NCBI GenBank assembly: GCA_965223295.1
Contig: CBDCWC010000002.1
Span: 960,001 to 1,024,000, forward strand
DNA: 64,000 nt
Source of the DNA: Nitrospirales bacterium
GTDB lineage: Bacteria; Nitrospirota; Nitrospiria; Nitrospirales; UBA8639
Reading direction: 5' to 3'
Shown piece by piece: positions 37,203 to 47,290 of the stretch. The notes beneath the pieces were generated by a model. That model saw nothing but the letters and a program-made list of their open reading frames with translations, was not told where the DNA came from and made no database searches. Numbering within the stretch: the stretch's first letter is position 1; each line of letters begins with the position of its first letter. Both the position numbers and the translations under genes were made by a program.

Positions 37203-38870
37203 TCACACGTCTTCAGTTGTAGGAAGATCATCTGGGTGCGTAGAGCCTGCAGCTTTTGCCGCATGTTGCAACGCTTCTAAACGAGTCCCAAATCGATGCC
37301 GGGGCCGAATATGCGAGAGTACATTCAACCCTTCTAACGTCTTGATCACATTTGGTTGCATGCCCACAAAAAACAAGTGCTGTTCATGGGCTCGTATAAT
37401 CCGCAACATATCATCAATCGCAAGGGCGGCTGTACCATCAATAACCGGCACATCAGAGAGATCCAAGACGCAGCTCATGAACGTGCCCAACCCCGGGACT
37501 GTCTCTAAGCGCTTGACCATATTTTTTGCTGAGCCAAAACTCATAGGACCATCAACATGAATGAGTACAATTTTTCCAGCATTTCGCTCCATGATAGCCG
37601 CCTCTTGAGGCGACAACGGGGTTTCTTCATGAACTTCCGTAATGACGTTCATATTGGCCAACTGTAAATCAGCCATTTCTTTCACAAACAGCAGGCTTGC
37701 CAAGACAACACCTGCCCCCACCGCCGTAATCAGATCGACCGCCACCGTAATGAGAAAAACCACGACCATGATCCCCACATCGGCTCTTGGAGCCTCCATG
37801 ACGTGCCGCAAGAACCGCCAATCAATAATATCCACGCCAACTTTCAACAATATTCCAGCCAGGACCGCAAGCGGAATTTGTTCGGCTAAGGGCCCCAGCC
37901 ACAGTAATGTGGCGAGTAATACCAACCCCATCAATGCACCGGAAATCGGCGTGCGCCCACCTGAACGAATATTGGCCACCGAACGCATCGTGGCACCTGC
38001 ACCAGGTAGCCCGCCGAAAAATCCAGCCACCGTATTGCCAATGCCCTGCCCAATTAGTTCTCGATTTGAATTGTGTTGAGTGCGCGTCATGTTGTCACAC
38101 ACCAAAGAAGTCAATAAACTGTCGATGGCCCCTAGTAATGCCAAAACGCAGGCCCCTTTTACAATTAACGGCAAAAATTCTACCTCAACTGAAGGAAACT
38201 GAAATGGAGGAAATCCCGAGGGAATCGAACCAATCACGGGAGCCTCAGAAAAGAACCAGATGGCTGCTGGCGTGCACACAAACAACGCCAGTAATGGCGG
38301 TGGAATAATTCGCCCAATCACTTTTGGCGTAAAATATACGATGGATAAGGCTATCGCCGCCAAAATTACCGCATCGATAAGAGGTTGTGAAAGAAACTCT
38401 GGCATTCCCAAAATATTAGGAATGACACCACCCGGTTTCGCAGCATGACCCAGGAGCGGCCCTATTTGTAAAATAATAATGATGCCGCCAATACCACTCA
38501 TGAATCCAGAAATCACTGGATAGGGCATAAGACTGATATACCGGCCAACCCCAAGAACCCCTAAGAGAATGAGGCCTATTCCGCCTAAAACCACTGAGGA
38601 AAAAACCAACGATGGATTACTTCCCATTTCTACAAAGAGCCCTGCAAAGACCACGGTCATGGGACCCGTCGGTCCCGACGCCTGCGCGGGAGTCCCTCCA
38701 AATAAGGCCGCGAAAAACCCCACAAGAATTGCGCCGTACAAACCTGCTTCCGCGCCCGCGCCCGAAGCCACACCAAACGCCAAAGCCAATGGCACCGCGA
38801 TAACCGCCGCCACCACACCACCAAAAATATCACCTTTAATATTGTTAAAATGCAGCCCGTGAATCAGCAT
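37203..38870 (-). CDS. SulP/SLC26 anion transporter with STAS domain (BicA-like)
   Basis: GDIFGG, GLYGAI, SGPTGPMTV, DSLLTS, NSNRELIGQGIGN, C-terminal STAS domain. Confidence 0.9.
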   Translation of the reverse strand: MLIHGLHFNNIKGDIFGGVVAAVIAVPLALAFGVASGAGAEAGLYGAILVGFFAALFGGTPAQASGPTGPMTVVFAGLFVEMGSNPSLVFSSVVLGGIGLILLGVLGVGRYISLMPYPVISGFMSGIGGIIIILQIGPLLGHAAKPGGVIPNILGMPEFLSQPLIDAVILAAIALSIVYFTPKVIGRIIPPPLLALFVCTPAAIWFFSEAPVIGSIPSGFPPFQFPSVEVEFLPLIVKGACVLALLGAIDSLLTSLVCDNMTRTQHNSNRELIGQGIGNTVAGFFGGLPGAGATMRSVANIRSGGRTPISGALMGLVLLATLLWLGPLAEQIPLAVLAGILLKVGVDIIDWRFLRHVMEAPRADVGIMVVVFLITVAVDLITAVGAGVVLASLLFVKEMADLQLANMNVITEVHEETPLSPQEAAIMERNAGKIVLIHVDGPMSFGSAKNMVKRLETVPGLGTFMSCVLDLSDVPVIDGTAALAIDDMLRIIRAHEQHLFFVGMQPNVIKTLEGLNVLSHIRPRHRFGTRLEALQHAAKAAGSTHPDDLPTTEDV

Positions 38871-39066
38871 AGGATGAATTCTCCGCAATCAAATCAGTTG
38901 CCATTGATAATTGTGTATGTGGGTAGGAGAAAGAACAGGAGTCATTCACAGTCTATATAAGGTCGAATAAGGAATACATCAGGTTTCATGGGATTGGAGG
39001 ATCGCTGATTCCGGCAATTAAGAGTCTAAATAATTAACGGCACCCTTCCAGAAAGGAAATTGTACG

Positions 39067-39429
39067 ATGCCTACTTTCATCACACAACCCAGCATCATTC
39101 CTCCTGTCGGCACTAAACCAAAGTTAATTGAGGAATATACAGGCCGTGTCGCCACTCAAAACGAAAACGTGAGTATCGCAAGAATTATTTGCCCTAAGGG
39201 CTGGAGCGAGAATGGACAACAGCCTGAGTTTGCAGAGACCAAAGTGGTCATCAAGGGCAGCATTCAAGTTGAACACCAGGAAGGCACATTGGAAGTTCAA
39301 ACTGGACAGGCCGTGACGAGCCACCCAGGGGAATGGGTACGCTATAGTACACCGGAAGGAGCAGAATATTTTGCGATTTGCATTCCGGCATTTTCACCAG
39401 ATACCGTTCATCGTGACCCAGATGCTTGA
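39067..39429 (+). CDS. Cupin-domain protein
   Basis: KLIEEYTGRV, GQQPEF, GEWVRYSTP, PAFSPDTVHRD. Confidence 0.75.
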   Translation: MPTFITQPSIIPPVGTKPKLIEEYTGRVATQNENVSIARIICPKGWSENGQQPEFAETKVVIKGSIQVEHQEGTLEVQTGQAVTSHPGEWVRYSTPEGAEYFAICIPAFSPDTVHRDPDA

Positions 39430-39483
39430 AGACTCCAAGGAAAGATCAAAACGTCACAATACTTTCATATAAAAGGACCAGAC

Positions 39484-39798
39484 ATGACCTTACGTGCTCA
39501 CGTTGAAGCTATCTATGAGAGCCTACTTCCTTATCTTGAAGAACATAATGCTGAGGAAGTACAAGCACGGTTAGCGCGAGATTTGCGCCACCTTTCACCT
39601 CAATGGAGTGACGATTTCCCAGACTGTCCTGGGTGGTATTGGCATAAACCACCAGGAATTGGAGAACCGCAATTATTGCTGGTCAATCATGGCCGAATCG
39701 ACACCAAACTCATGGCTGATCTGGGACCACCCAACAATTATGTGGATGTTCAACGAATCAAAGGCCGATGGGCTGGACCACTGCTTCCACCGGGCTAA
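39484..39798 (+). CDS. Hypothetical protein
   Basis: AAGGA RBS, with PGWYW and WAGPLLPP motifs. Confidence 0.6.
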   Translation: MTLRAHVEAIYESLLPYLEEHNAEEVQARLARDLRHLSPQWSDDFPDCPGWYWHKPPGIGEPQLLLVNHGRIDTKLMADLGPPNNYVDVQRIKGRWAGPLLPPG

Positions 39799-39809
39799 GG
39801 CCAGCAACC

Positions 39810-40856
39810 TTAATTTCTCAATGAAGCGATATCTATCACAAACCGAAACTTCACAGTTCCTTGAATCACTCGTTCATACGCCTCATTGATTTGAGAAATA
39901 GGAATCACCTCCACGTCTGAAGTCAAACCATGTTCACCACAGAAATCCAACATTTCTTGCGTTTCACGAATCCCGCCAATTAATGACCCAACTAATCGCC
40001 GCCGCCGAAGAATCAGGGAAAACCCACTCACCGACAGCGCATCAGGCGAAGCCCCGACTAAAATATAGGTTCCATCAGTTTTCAACAGTTCAAGATGCGT
40101 GTCTAAATCATGAGGAGCCGATACCGTATCAATCACAAAATCAAATGTTCGAGCCAATCGATTCAATGCTCCCTCTTGCGAGGTCGCGACATAGTCATGC
40201 GCGCCCAGACGTTTCGCATCATCTTGTTTCGCATCAGACCGACTCAAAACGGTCACATCGACACCTAACGCTCGTCCAAGTTTCACGGCCATATGCCCCA
40301 ATCCGCCAAGACCCACAACAGCTAACTTATGGCCTTTGCCAACACCCCATTGGCGCAATGGAGAATAGGTAGTAATCCCGGCACACAACAGCGGCGCGAC
40401 ACCTTCCAATGGAAGCCCACCTGGAACCTTCAAAGCATACCGTTCATCAATAACAATTTGGGTTGAATACCCGCCGTAGGTCGGCTTTCCCTCTTTATCC
40501 ATCCCATTGTAGGTAAAAATCATGCCAGCCTCACAATATTGTTCCTGCCCTTTCGTGCAAGACGGACAAGTTCGACACGAATCCACAAAACAGCCGACGC
40601 CAACGGAATCGCCCACTTGAAATCTCTTAACCTCTGTACCTACCTGCTCGACAGTCCCCACAATCTCATGGCCTGGCACCATCGGAAAGATAGATCCTCC
40701 CCATTCATCTCGTGCCTGGTGAATATCCGAATGACAGACACCGCAATATCGAATCTGGACAAGGATATCGTTGAGTCCCACCTCTCGGCGTTCAAAGGTG
40801 AAGGGTTCAAGCGCAAATCCGGCATGTTGAGCCGCATAACCTTTGGTCGATAACAT
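39810..40856 (-). CDS. Zn-dependent NAD(P)H alcohol/aldehyde dehydrogenase (CAD/YahK-like)
   Basis: CGVCHSD, GHEIVG, CxxCxxC..C, APLLCAGITTYSPL, GLGGLG. Confidence 0.93.
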   Translation of the reverse strand: MLSTKGYAAQHAGFALEPFTFERREVGLNDILVQIRYCGVCHSDIHQARDEWGGSIFPMVPGHEIVGTVEQVGTEVKRFQVGDSVGVGCFVDSCRTCPSCTKGQEQYCEAGMIFTYNGMDKEGKPTYGGYSTQIVIDERYALKVPGGLPLEGVAPLLCAGITTYSPLRQWGVGKGHKLAVVGLGGLGHMAVKLGRALGVDVTVLSRSDAKQDDAKRLGAHDYVATSQEGALNRLARTFDFVIDTVSAPHDLDTHLELLKTDGTYILVGASPDALSVSGFSLILRRRRLVGSLIGGIRETQEMLDFCGEHGLTSDVEVIPISQINEAYERVIQGTVKFRFVIDIASLRN

Positions 40857-41133
40857 GTTCTCCTCCTCCCATACTCATAGCAATCAAAAAGCATCCGACT
40901 TAAGAGGCTCATCATGCCACAAAATAACCTGTCGAGCTATCACCACATTTAGCCTATTACAGTCCCATAGCAGCTTCATTCATGGGCAAAACTTTTCATC
41001 TAAAAAACCGTCTATTGCTCTAACACCAATTTCTCGAAGAAAGCCGTAATTCATTTGGCCTCACAAAATTACGAAAAAACAACAAATAATAGAGATATTC
41101 TTTGGCATTTCAAGTGGCAGTCTTATAACAATA

Positions 41134-41147
41134 GTGATCTAGATCAT
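41134..41147. promoter_or_regulatory. FNR/Crp-family-like palindromic site upstream of nirK
   Basis: GTGAT-CTAG-ATCAT compared with the TTGAT-N4-ATCAA consensus. Confidence 0.4.
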
Positions 41148-41234
41148 TGTTTTTGGGGGATTTTCCTTTACTCTAAACTGAAATAATAAAACCATATTTT
41201 ATTTTCTATAGACTTGCAAAGGAGACCTCCAGTT

Positions 41235-42269
41235 ATGTCATTCGATACTACGGTCACGACGATCACACGCTCTATAACTCAAGTGCTCTTTATCGCCATG
41301 ACGTTCCTAGGCTTATCGACTGTGGCCTGGGCGAACAACCTCCCCTCTGTCGAAGCACAGTTGACCACATTGCCAGAAGTGCCTCAACCTGTAACGAGAA
41401 AAAACCCGGCCAAAGTAGTCGTGAATGTTGAGGCAAAAGAATTTGTAGGGACCTTAGCAGACGGTGTGCAATATAAATTTTGGAGCTTTAACGGTACAGT
41501 CCCTGGTCCGATGATTCGTGTTCGTGAAGGCGATACCGTCGAACTGCATTTAAAGAACCACGCCTCCAGTCAATTTCCACATAATATGGACTTACATGCG
41601 GTGAACGGCCCGGGTGGCGGCGCAGGTGCTAATTTAGCCGCTCCAGGACAAGAAGGGGTTTTTTCATTCAAAGCCCTAAACCCAGGCTTATATATTTATC
41701 ATTGTGCCTCTCCTGTCCCAAATATTCCGGCACACATAGCCAATGGCATGTACGGGATGATTCTTGTTGATCCTCAAGGCGGCCTTCCTAAAGTTGATCG
41801 TGAATATGCGGTGCTGGAAAGTGAGTTTTTCACACAACCCAGTGCTGAAAAAGGGATTATGGAACTTTCTATGGAAAAAGGATTAGCCGAGCACCCTGAT
41901 CATGTGGTGTTCAATGGCAAAGCCGGCGCGTTAATGGGCGAAGAACTGCAAGCCAAAACTGGTGAAACGGTCCGCCTCTTTATGGGCAATATCGGCCCAA
42001 ATGGAGCGTCGTCTTTTCACATTATTGGAGAGATTTTTGACACAGTCTATGTGGAGGGGGCCATTGGCGGAACCGTGAATGAAAATGTACAGACCACACT
42101 CATCCCTTCAGCCGGCGCCGCAATTATGGAATTCAAAGTGGACGTGCCGGGCGCCTATCTCCTCGTTGATCACAGTATTTTTCGAGTAGCCAAAGGCGCG
42201 GTGGGCATTCTGACAGTCACCGGAGATGAGAATACTTCAATCTTTAATGCGATGAATCCATCGAACTAG
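41235..42269 (+). CDS. nirK: Copper-containing nitrite reductase NirK
   Basis: PHNMDLHAV, YIYHCA...HIANGMYG, SSFHIIGEIFD, LVDHS, signal peptide. Confidence 0.95.
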   Translation: MSFDTTVTTITRSITQVLFIAMTFLGLSTVAWANNLPSVEAQLTTLPEVPQPVTRKNPAKVVVNVEAKEFVGTLADGVQYKFWSFNGTVPGPMIRVREGDTVELHLKNHASSQFPHNMDLHAVNGPGGGAGANLAAPGQEGVFSFKALNPGLYIYHCASPVPNIPAHIANGMYGMILVDPQGGLPKVDREYAVLESEFFTQPSAEKGIMELSMEKGLAEHPDHVVFNGKAGALMGEELQAKTGETVRLFMGNIGPNGASSFHIIGEIFDTVYVEGAIGGTVNENVQTTLIPSAGAAIMEFKVDVPGAYLLVDHSIFRVAKGAVGILTVTGDENTSIFNAMNPSN

Positions 42270-42273
42270 AAAG

Positions 42274-42398
42274 ACGTGAGGGAGTAAGGCGTAAGGAACC
42301 AGAGAAATGCAAGAAGAAAAACCGTATCTTTGGTCGAACAATGTTTTTCCTGGCCTTTGCTCCTTACTCCTTACTTTTCACTCCTAACTAACCTCACC
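42274..42398. repeat. Inverted heptamer-repeat array between convergent genes
   Basis: GGAGTAA GGCGTAA on the left arm, CCTTACT CCTTACT TTTCACT CCTAACT on the right arm. Confidence 0.55.
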
Positions 42399-42399
42399 T

Positions 42400-42720
42400 T
42401 TATTGAGGATTTGGAGCCATGAAAACGAGCACTCGTAGTCGTTGTTCGGTGTGATTCACAACACCATGTTCTGCACCTGCAGGAGCCATCGTCCCTTGCC
42501 CCTCTCCTAAAACCTGGCTTTCCGCTCCAACTTGGAAGGTGCCCTGTCCTTCTAACACAAAGTACAACTTGTCCTGATCACTATGCGCATGGGCTTTTTG
42601 CACTTGTCCCGGCTCAAAACAATAGACATCACAAAAAAATCTTGGCGTTTCAAACACATTCAGTTTTTTCATTTTCTCAGAAGAAAACGTCTCGAAATCT
42701 TTCAAGCTGACAATCTTCAT
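42400..42720 (-). CDS. Cupin-2 domain protein
   Basis: HAHSDQDKLYFVLEG...PAGAEHGVVN. Confidence 0.85.
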   Translation of the reverse strand: MKIVSLKDFETFSSEKMKKLNVFETPRFFCDVYCFEPGQVQKAHAHSDQDKLYFVLEGQGTFQVGAESQVLGEGQGTMAPAGAEHGVVNHTEQRLRVLVFMAPNPQ

Positions 42721-42956
42721 TCACTCCCCTCCATTACTTAACAATTCCACATATTTTAAACACACCAGCTACAATATAGGAAAAACAACTCACAATTTCC
42801 TTCGTTTTCAGACTATTATACCTTGAAGCTGCCTAGGCCTGGTCTGATATGATAAGGGATCATTTTTTGTCGTTTTGAATCAATGATGTTACCGCATCGG
42901 ACATCGTTGATTCGAGAGCGACTCCTTCAGAAATTGGCTATGATGAAAGGATTCGC

Positions 42957-43592
42957 ATGAACACACCACTCACACGAACGATATTGCTGATCAGTGTCAC
43001 GTTGTTTTTCGCCTTTACGTCCATTGTCCCTCTAGCATTTAGCGCACTACAAGGCGAATATGAGATGATGGAAGGCGAGCCGTCGCTGCATGAACCAGGC
43101 AAAGTGATTTTGCTTGAGTTTGCCGATTTTTATTGTCCGCATTGCCATATGTTCGAGCGAGTCGTAGTCACCAAGCTTCAAGAGGAATTTGGCGATAAAT
43201 TTGAAGCCCGCATGATTGGATTCCCTGTCATGCCAGGAAAATTACCCACTGCCTTCGAAATGTATAACCAGGCCGTGACCATGGGCAAAGGCCAGAAGAT
43301 GAAGGAGATTCTTTTTCAATCCATACACGAAAAAGACATTCAGAATTTTGATAAGACCATGCGCACCCTGGTGATCAAGGAAGTAGGCTTAGATCCTGTG
43401 GAATTTGAATCTGGCCTGTCGAGCGGGAAACCTTTTCAAACTTTAGGGAAGGGGAAAGCCTGGGGAGAGCGCATTAACGTGACCCATACCCCAACCGTTG
43501 TGTTAGACGGCAATATTCGCATCAAAAACCTGACCTTTGAAAATCTCAAGCTCGTCATCCAAAGCATTCTGGATCAAGAAAATCAATCTTAA
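42957..43592 (+). CDS. DsbA-family thioredoxin-fold protein
   Basis: Signal peptide, EFADFYCPHC, cis-Pro motif THTPT. Confidence 0.85.
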   Translation: MNTPLTRTILLISVTLFFAFTSIVPLAFSALQGEYEMMEGEPSLHEPGKVILLEFADFYCPHCHMFERVVVTKLQEEFGDKFEARMIGFPVMPGKLPTAFEMYNQAVTMGKGQKMKEILFQSIHEKDIQNFDKTMRTLVIKEVGLDPVEFESGLSSGKPFQTLGKGKAWGERINVTHTPTVVLDGNIRIKNLTFENLKLVIQSILDQENQS

Positions 43593-43630
43593 ACGATTCC
43601 ATCTCTTTTTTTAACAAAGGAGGCATTCTT

Positions 43631-43846
43631 ATGGGACGTAAGAAAAATGAGGCTGAATTTTTCCCTGAAATGAATGAAATTTTAGAAGGCATGCAAGAAC
43701 TCATGTGCGATGAGGATGGCAAGCCCTTGTCTCCGGATCATCCTCAATACAAGAAATTTACGGGCCTTATGGAAAACATTGCTGCACGTGCCCAACAGAG
43801 GGAACAAGGAGATCCTCCTGTTACAGGGCCTCAGGGCACGGCATAA
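43631..43846 (+). CDS. Small hypothetical protein
   Basis: Strong AAGGAGG RBS, 71 aa. Confidence 0.6.
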   Translation: MGRKKNEAEFFPEMNEILEGMQELMCDEDGKPLSPDHPQYKKFTGLMENIAARAQQREQGDPPVTGPQGTA

Positions 43847-44032
43847 GTTAGAGCACAACTCGCTTCCATTCCACGCAAGCAGATTCACGACACCTCAAGA
43901 GGAGGGAACTCTAGAGCATCTGCTGTCAGGATCCCCGATTAAAAATCGAGACATCCTATGGCAGCCCTTCCCTTTCTCCTGTCCTATCAATTTCTGAGAA
44001 AATTATCGACACTTAACCAAAATTAGCGTGAC

Positions 44033-44749
44033 GTGCTTTTTTCCTTCAGAAATATTTTAGCTTTCACCTGGCCATTGCTCATCATGTTCGCCCTGGTCAT
44101 AACCTATGTGATGTGGCCAAAGTTTTTTGTCTCCTACATTTTTCAAATTCAGGAGCGCGAATTTCAATTGGTCGAAATCTTGACATTCTTGGCAGCAAGC
44201 ACGGCAGGTGGCCTCTTACTCATTTCCTTTTGGAACCTCTATAGGAAATCAAATTATTGGGCAGCAGGACTTGTTGGTATCATTGCCATGGCTGCCTTGT
44301 TTTTTGCAGGGGAAGAAATTAGTTGGGGGCAGAGTTATTTCCAATGGCACACCCCTTCATGGTGGACAAAAAACTTTTCAAGTGAGACAAATTTACATAA
44401 TTCTCGACTCCCAGTTCATCAACTCGCAGGATTGTTCATGTTTAGTATTTTTTTCCTCTTACCGCTATCGTGGAATTTTCGGCACATCCTTCATCTTCCT
44501 TCGGATCTGGCTCCTGCTATTCCAGAAGGCCCTGTCATCTCGGCCTTAGCCATCGCATTGGTTATTCGAGAAGTCAAAGGCATCTATCGTGCTTTTTCTC
44601 CACTTTGGTATCAAGAGGTCTATATCCCGTGGGTAGAAGTTCACGATAAATTTTATCAGGAATTTTTATGGGGCATGAATGAATATAGAGAAATGTTGGT
44701 AGCCCTAGCGCTTTTCATGTATGCGAGTTACCGAATAGTTAAATCCTAA
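44033..44749 (+). CDS. Hypothetical integral membrane protein
   Basis: Multiple TM segments and a GEEISWGQ...ETNLHN motif. Confidence 0.75.
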   Translation: MLFSFRNILAFTWPLLIMFALVITYVMWPKFFVSYIFQIQEREFQLVEILTFLAASTAGGLLLISFWNLYRKSNYWAAGLVGIIAMAALFFAGEEISWGQSYFQWHTPSWWTKNFSSETNLHNSRLPVHQLAGLFMFSIFFLLPLSWNFRHILHLPSDLAPAIPEGPVISALAIALVIREVKGIYRAFSPLWYQEVYIPWVEVHDKFYQEFLWGMNEYREMLVALALFMYASYRIVKS

Positions 44750-44880
44750 GTCTTTTTGTGAGAAACATTTGCTCACAACTAGCCAACGAAGATGACCGGG
44801 AGTTTTACACACCAAGAATCTTAGACGTAAACTGTCTCACATGTTTTATTTTGATCTAAACTGCCTAGGAAAAGAATACA

Positions 44881-45192
44881 ATGTCACCAGACCCTAATAG
44901 CCTTGAAAGAATTAAAACCTTTATGGAGTTTATCCAAACGGCAACTCACGACGGTATCGAACTATCTTTTTTAAGTACTCCGACTGAGCATGGAGATAAC
45001 ATTAATGTTATGGCCACCATTAACGGTCAACGGGTGAGCCATGGGCTCCTCTTTTGGGATGTGAGCCTTCTTCAAGAACAAGGATTGGTGGATACATTGG
45101 ATGAGGAAGACAAAGCCCTGGGCCTCAACCTTACCGATGGCATGATAGAAGATGTTGAAAAAATTTTAGCCTTTGTTCAATCGGTTGCTTAA
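44881..45192 (+). CDS. Hypothetical acidic protein
   Basis: 103-aa ORF with AGGA upstream. Confidence 0.6.
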   Translation: MSPDPNSLERIKTFMEFIQTATHDGIELSFLSTPTEHGDNINVMATINGQRVSHGLLFWDVSLLQEQGLVDTLDEEDKALGLNLTDGMIEDVEKILAFVQSVA

Positions 45193-45347
45193 AAAAGCCA
45201 AAGGTAACTGCAACCGGCCTTCCAAGTCTCAGGACCTTCATGGTTTTGCGTAGATGGAAATTTGACTTTTTTGTGTTTTCCATTGCATAGTCAGACCAGT
45301 CCTTCCCTCTTTTCTTCCATTTACTCCCCCTCGAAAGGAGAAGCTCT

Positions 45348-45626
45348 ATGCGATACTTTTTGTTCATCGCCGTGGCAAGTCTAATGATATCCGGGTTGAG
45401 CACGATGGCTTACGCCGAACAAGAGACACTGGGAGGCCAAGGGATTCAGCATCAAGATGATGCGCGCGATACGATGAAAGAATTAGAGCGAAAAGGACAA
45501 GAAAAAGTTGATCAAGCCAAAGGCGAAGCCTCTTCACCAACTCGTGCCGAAGAAATTCAGACACAAAACAAGGAGAGCATCAATAATAAAATTGATGCCA
45601 TGAAAGAAGAAGTCATGGGTAGATAG
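45348..45626 (+). CDS. Small secreted hypothetical protein
   Basis: AAGGAG RBS, signal peptide ending AYA, charged mature part. Confidence 0.7.
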   Translation: MRYFLFIAVASLMISGLSTMAYAEQETLGGQGIQHQDDARDTMKELERKGQEKVDQAKGEASSPTRAEEIQTQNKESINNKIDAMKEEVMGR

Positions 45627-45973
45627 ATCCTGTTCCAATTTCTTTCATTTGCGGATAACTTTCACCAATTTTGAGAAGCCCACACTGGATCGTATTCTAG
45701 GTGGGCTTTTCCTTTTACCAAAACTTCCGCGATCCCCTACCCTTCCAGATGCTTTTCAAATTGTCCATTTTCTGCCGTACGGCCTACAGGAAGCTCCCAG
45801 TTAACCACTAAGATTAGCGAGAATGAGCCACCTCGTTTTAGCGGCTAGAATCTATCGATATTGCTATTCTTGACCTAGCCAATAATAACCAGGCAATTTC
45901 AACTAGGCACTACAGCCTATTAGCAATGGTGACAGATCAGAGAGAGATGGGATGTGAAAATTTTTGGAGATTT

Positions 45974-46750
45974 TTAGACTTCTACAAGCGGAGCTTTATT
46001 TTCATGCTTTATGACTTGATCTAGAATTTTTCGATATTCCCGAATACGGCTGACGTATTGGACAGGTTCCCAGCCTCGTGCATAGCGATGCGGAAGTTGT
46101 CGATAATATTGTTTTTGGGCCAGAAGGGGAAGCACTTCTTTAATATCTTCCCATAAATTCGGGTTTTTACCTAACTTTCGACTCAATAACCGTGCATCTC
46201 TGACGTGTCCCAACCCGACATTATAAGAGGCTAAGGCAAGGTGCATTCTTTCATCAGGACTTTGAATTGCTTTGGGAAGGCGCTTATACAATTTTGCTAA
46301 GTAACGCGCACCACCCGCGATACTTTTCTTAGGATCGAGTCGATTTTTTATTCCCAAGTCCGAAGCTGTCGACCGCGTCAACATCATAAGGCCCCGTACA
46401 CCAGTTGGACTAATGGCATGCCGATTCCATTTCGACTCCTGATACGCCATCGAGGCCAGGAGCACCCATGGAATTCCCGTTTGTTCGCCAGCTTGTTGAA
46501 ATTCTTCCCGATAATTTGGCAGCCGAGTGGAAATATGCTTCAGAAACATTTGTACTTCATAGGAGGGCAAATTGGTACGTAGTTGCGGGACATGATCTTT
46601 ATGTGAAAGGGCGTTTCCCTCATGATGAGGGATTTCCCACAGCAACAGAACTCCGCCAATCAAGACCAGGACAAGAACTGATTGCCTCACAAGATCCATC
46701 ATGGTTTCTATTGCGTTGGAAAAACCTTTACATCGTTTCATGAGATTCAC
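45974..46750 (-). CDS. Lytic transglycosylase (MltF-like SLT domain only)
   Basis: AYQESKW, SPTGVRGLMMLT, ASYNVGLGHV, YARGWEPVQYV. No substrate-binding domain. Confidence 0.85.
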   Translation of the reverse strand: MNLMKRCKGFSNAIETMMDLVRQSVLVLVLIGGVLLLWEIPHHEGNALSHKDHVPQLRTNLPSYEVQMFLKHISTRLPNYREEFQQAGEQTGIPWVLLASMAYQESKWNRHAISPTGVRGLMMLTRSTASDLGIKNRLDPKKSIAGGARYLAKLYKRLPKAIQSPDERMHLALASYNVGLGHVRDARLLSRKLGKNPNLWEDIKEVLPLLAQKQYYRQLPHRYARGWEPVQYVSRIREYRKILDQVIKHENKAPLVEV

Positions 46751-47033
46751 TCACTTAAAACACGATCAAAGATAAAGCAATATTGAAGACCTGCAAGTGT
46801 AATTCTCTATAATCCCACGTTTGCATCAATCAAACAAGACCTATTTCGGCATGATATATGGGAGAATTTACTCACTTTATGCTTTTTTTCAGTTTGAATA
46901 CCCCAGACTTTGATGCAATAGAGGCAAACGAGCCAAAGAAAGTCATAAGATCATAGAAAATCTTGATGAAGCCATGATTTCATATTGTATTCGGTCACCT
47001 GAGGATAAAAATTAAACTACTCAAGGGCATGAT

Positions 47034-47231
47034 TTATGCTCTAGCCTTTTGCTGAGAAAAAACTGTCGCATCACAAGAAAAGTATTTAATCTGTTTGAGT
47101 GGAATAATGGTGACTTCTTTGGGAGTATCAATTTCTAAAATCTCCATATCATCACTAATGGTATGTCGAACCGCATCCCTAAATTCGACTTCTTGACTGT
47201 CCGTAAACACAACCTTTACCCAGTACTGCAC
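47034..47231 (-). CDS. Small hypothetical protein
   Basis: GTG start with AAGGAG RBS, downstream of proC. Confidence 0.6.
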   Translation of the reverse strand: MQYWVKVVFTDSQEVEFRDAVRHTISDDMEILEIDTPKEVTIIPLKQIKYFSCDATVFSQQKARA

Positions 47232-47290
47232 TGTGGACTCCTTTCGCAAATACGCACTCAACGAGCGTTTAACAAAATAAACAGAATCAG

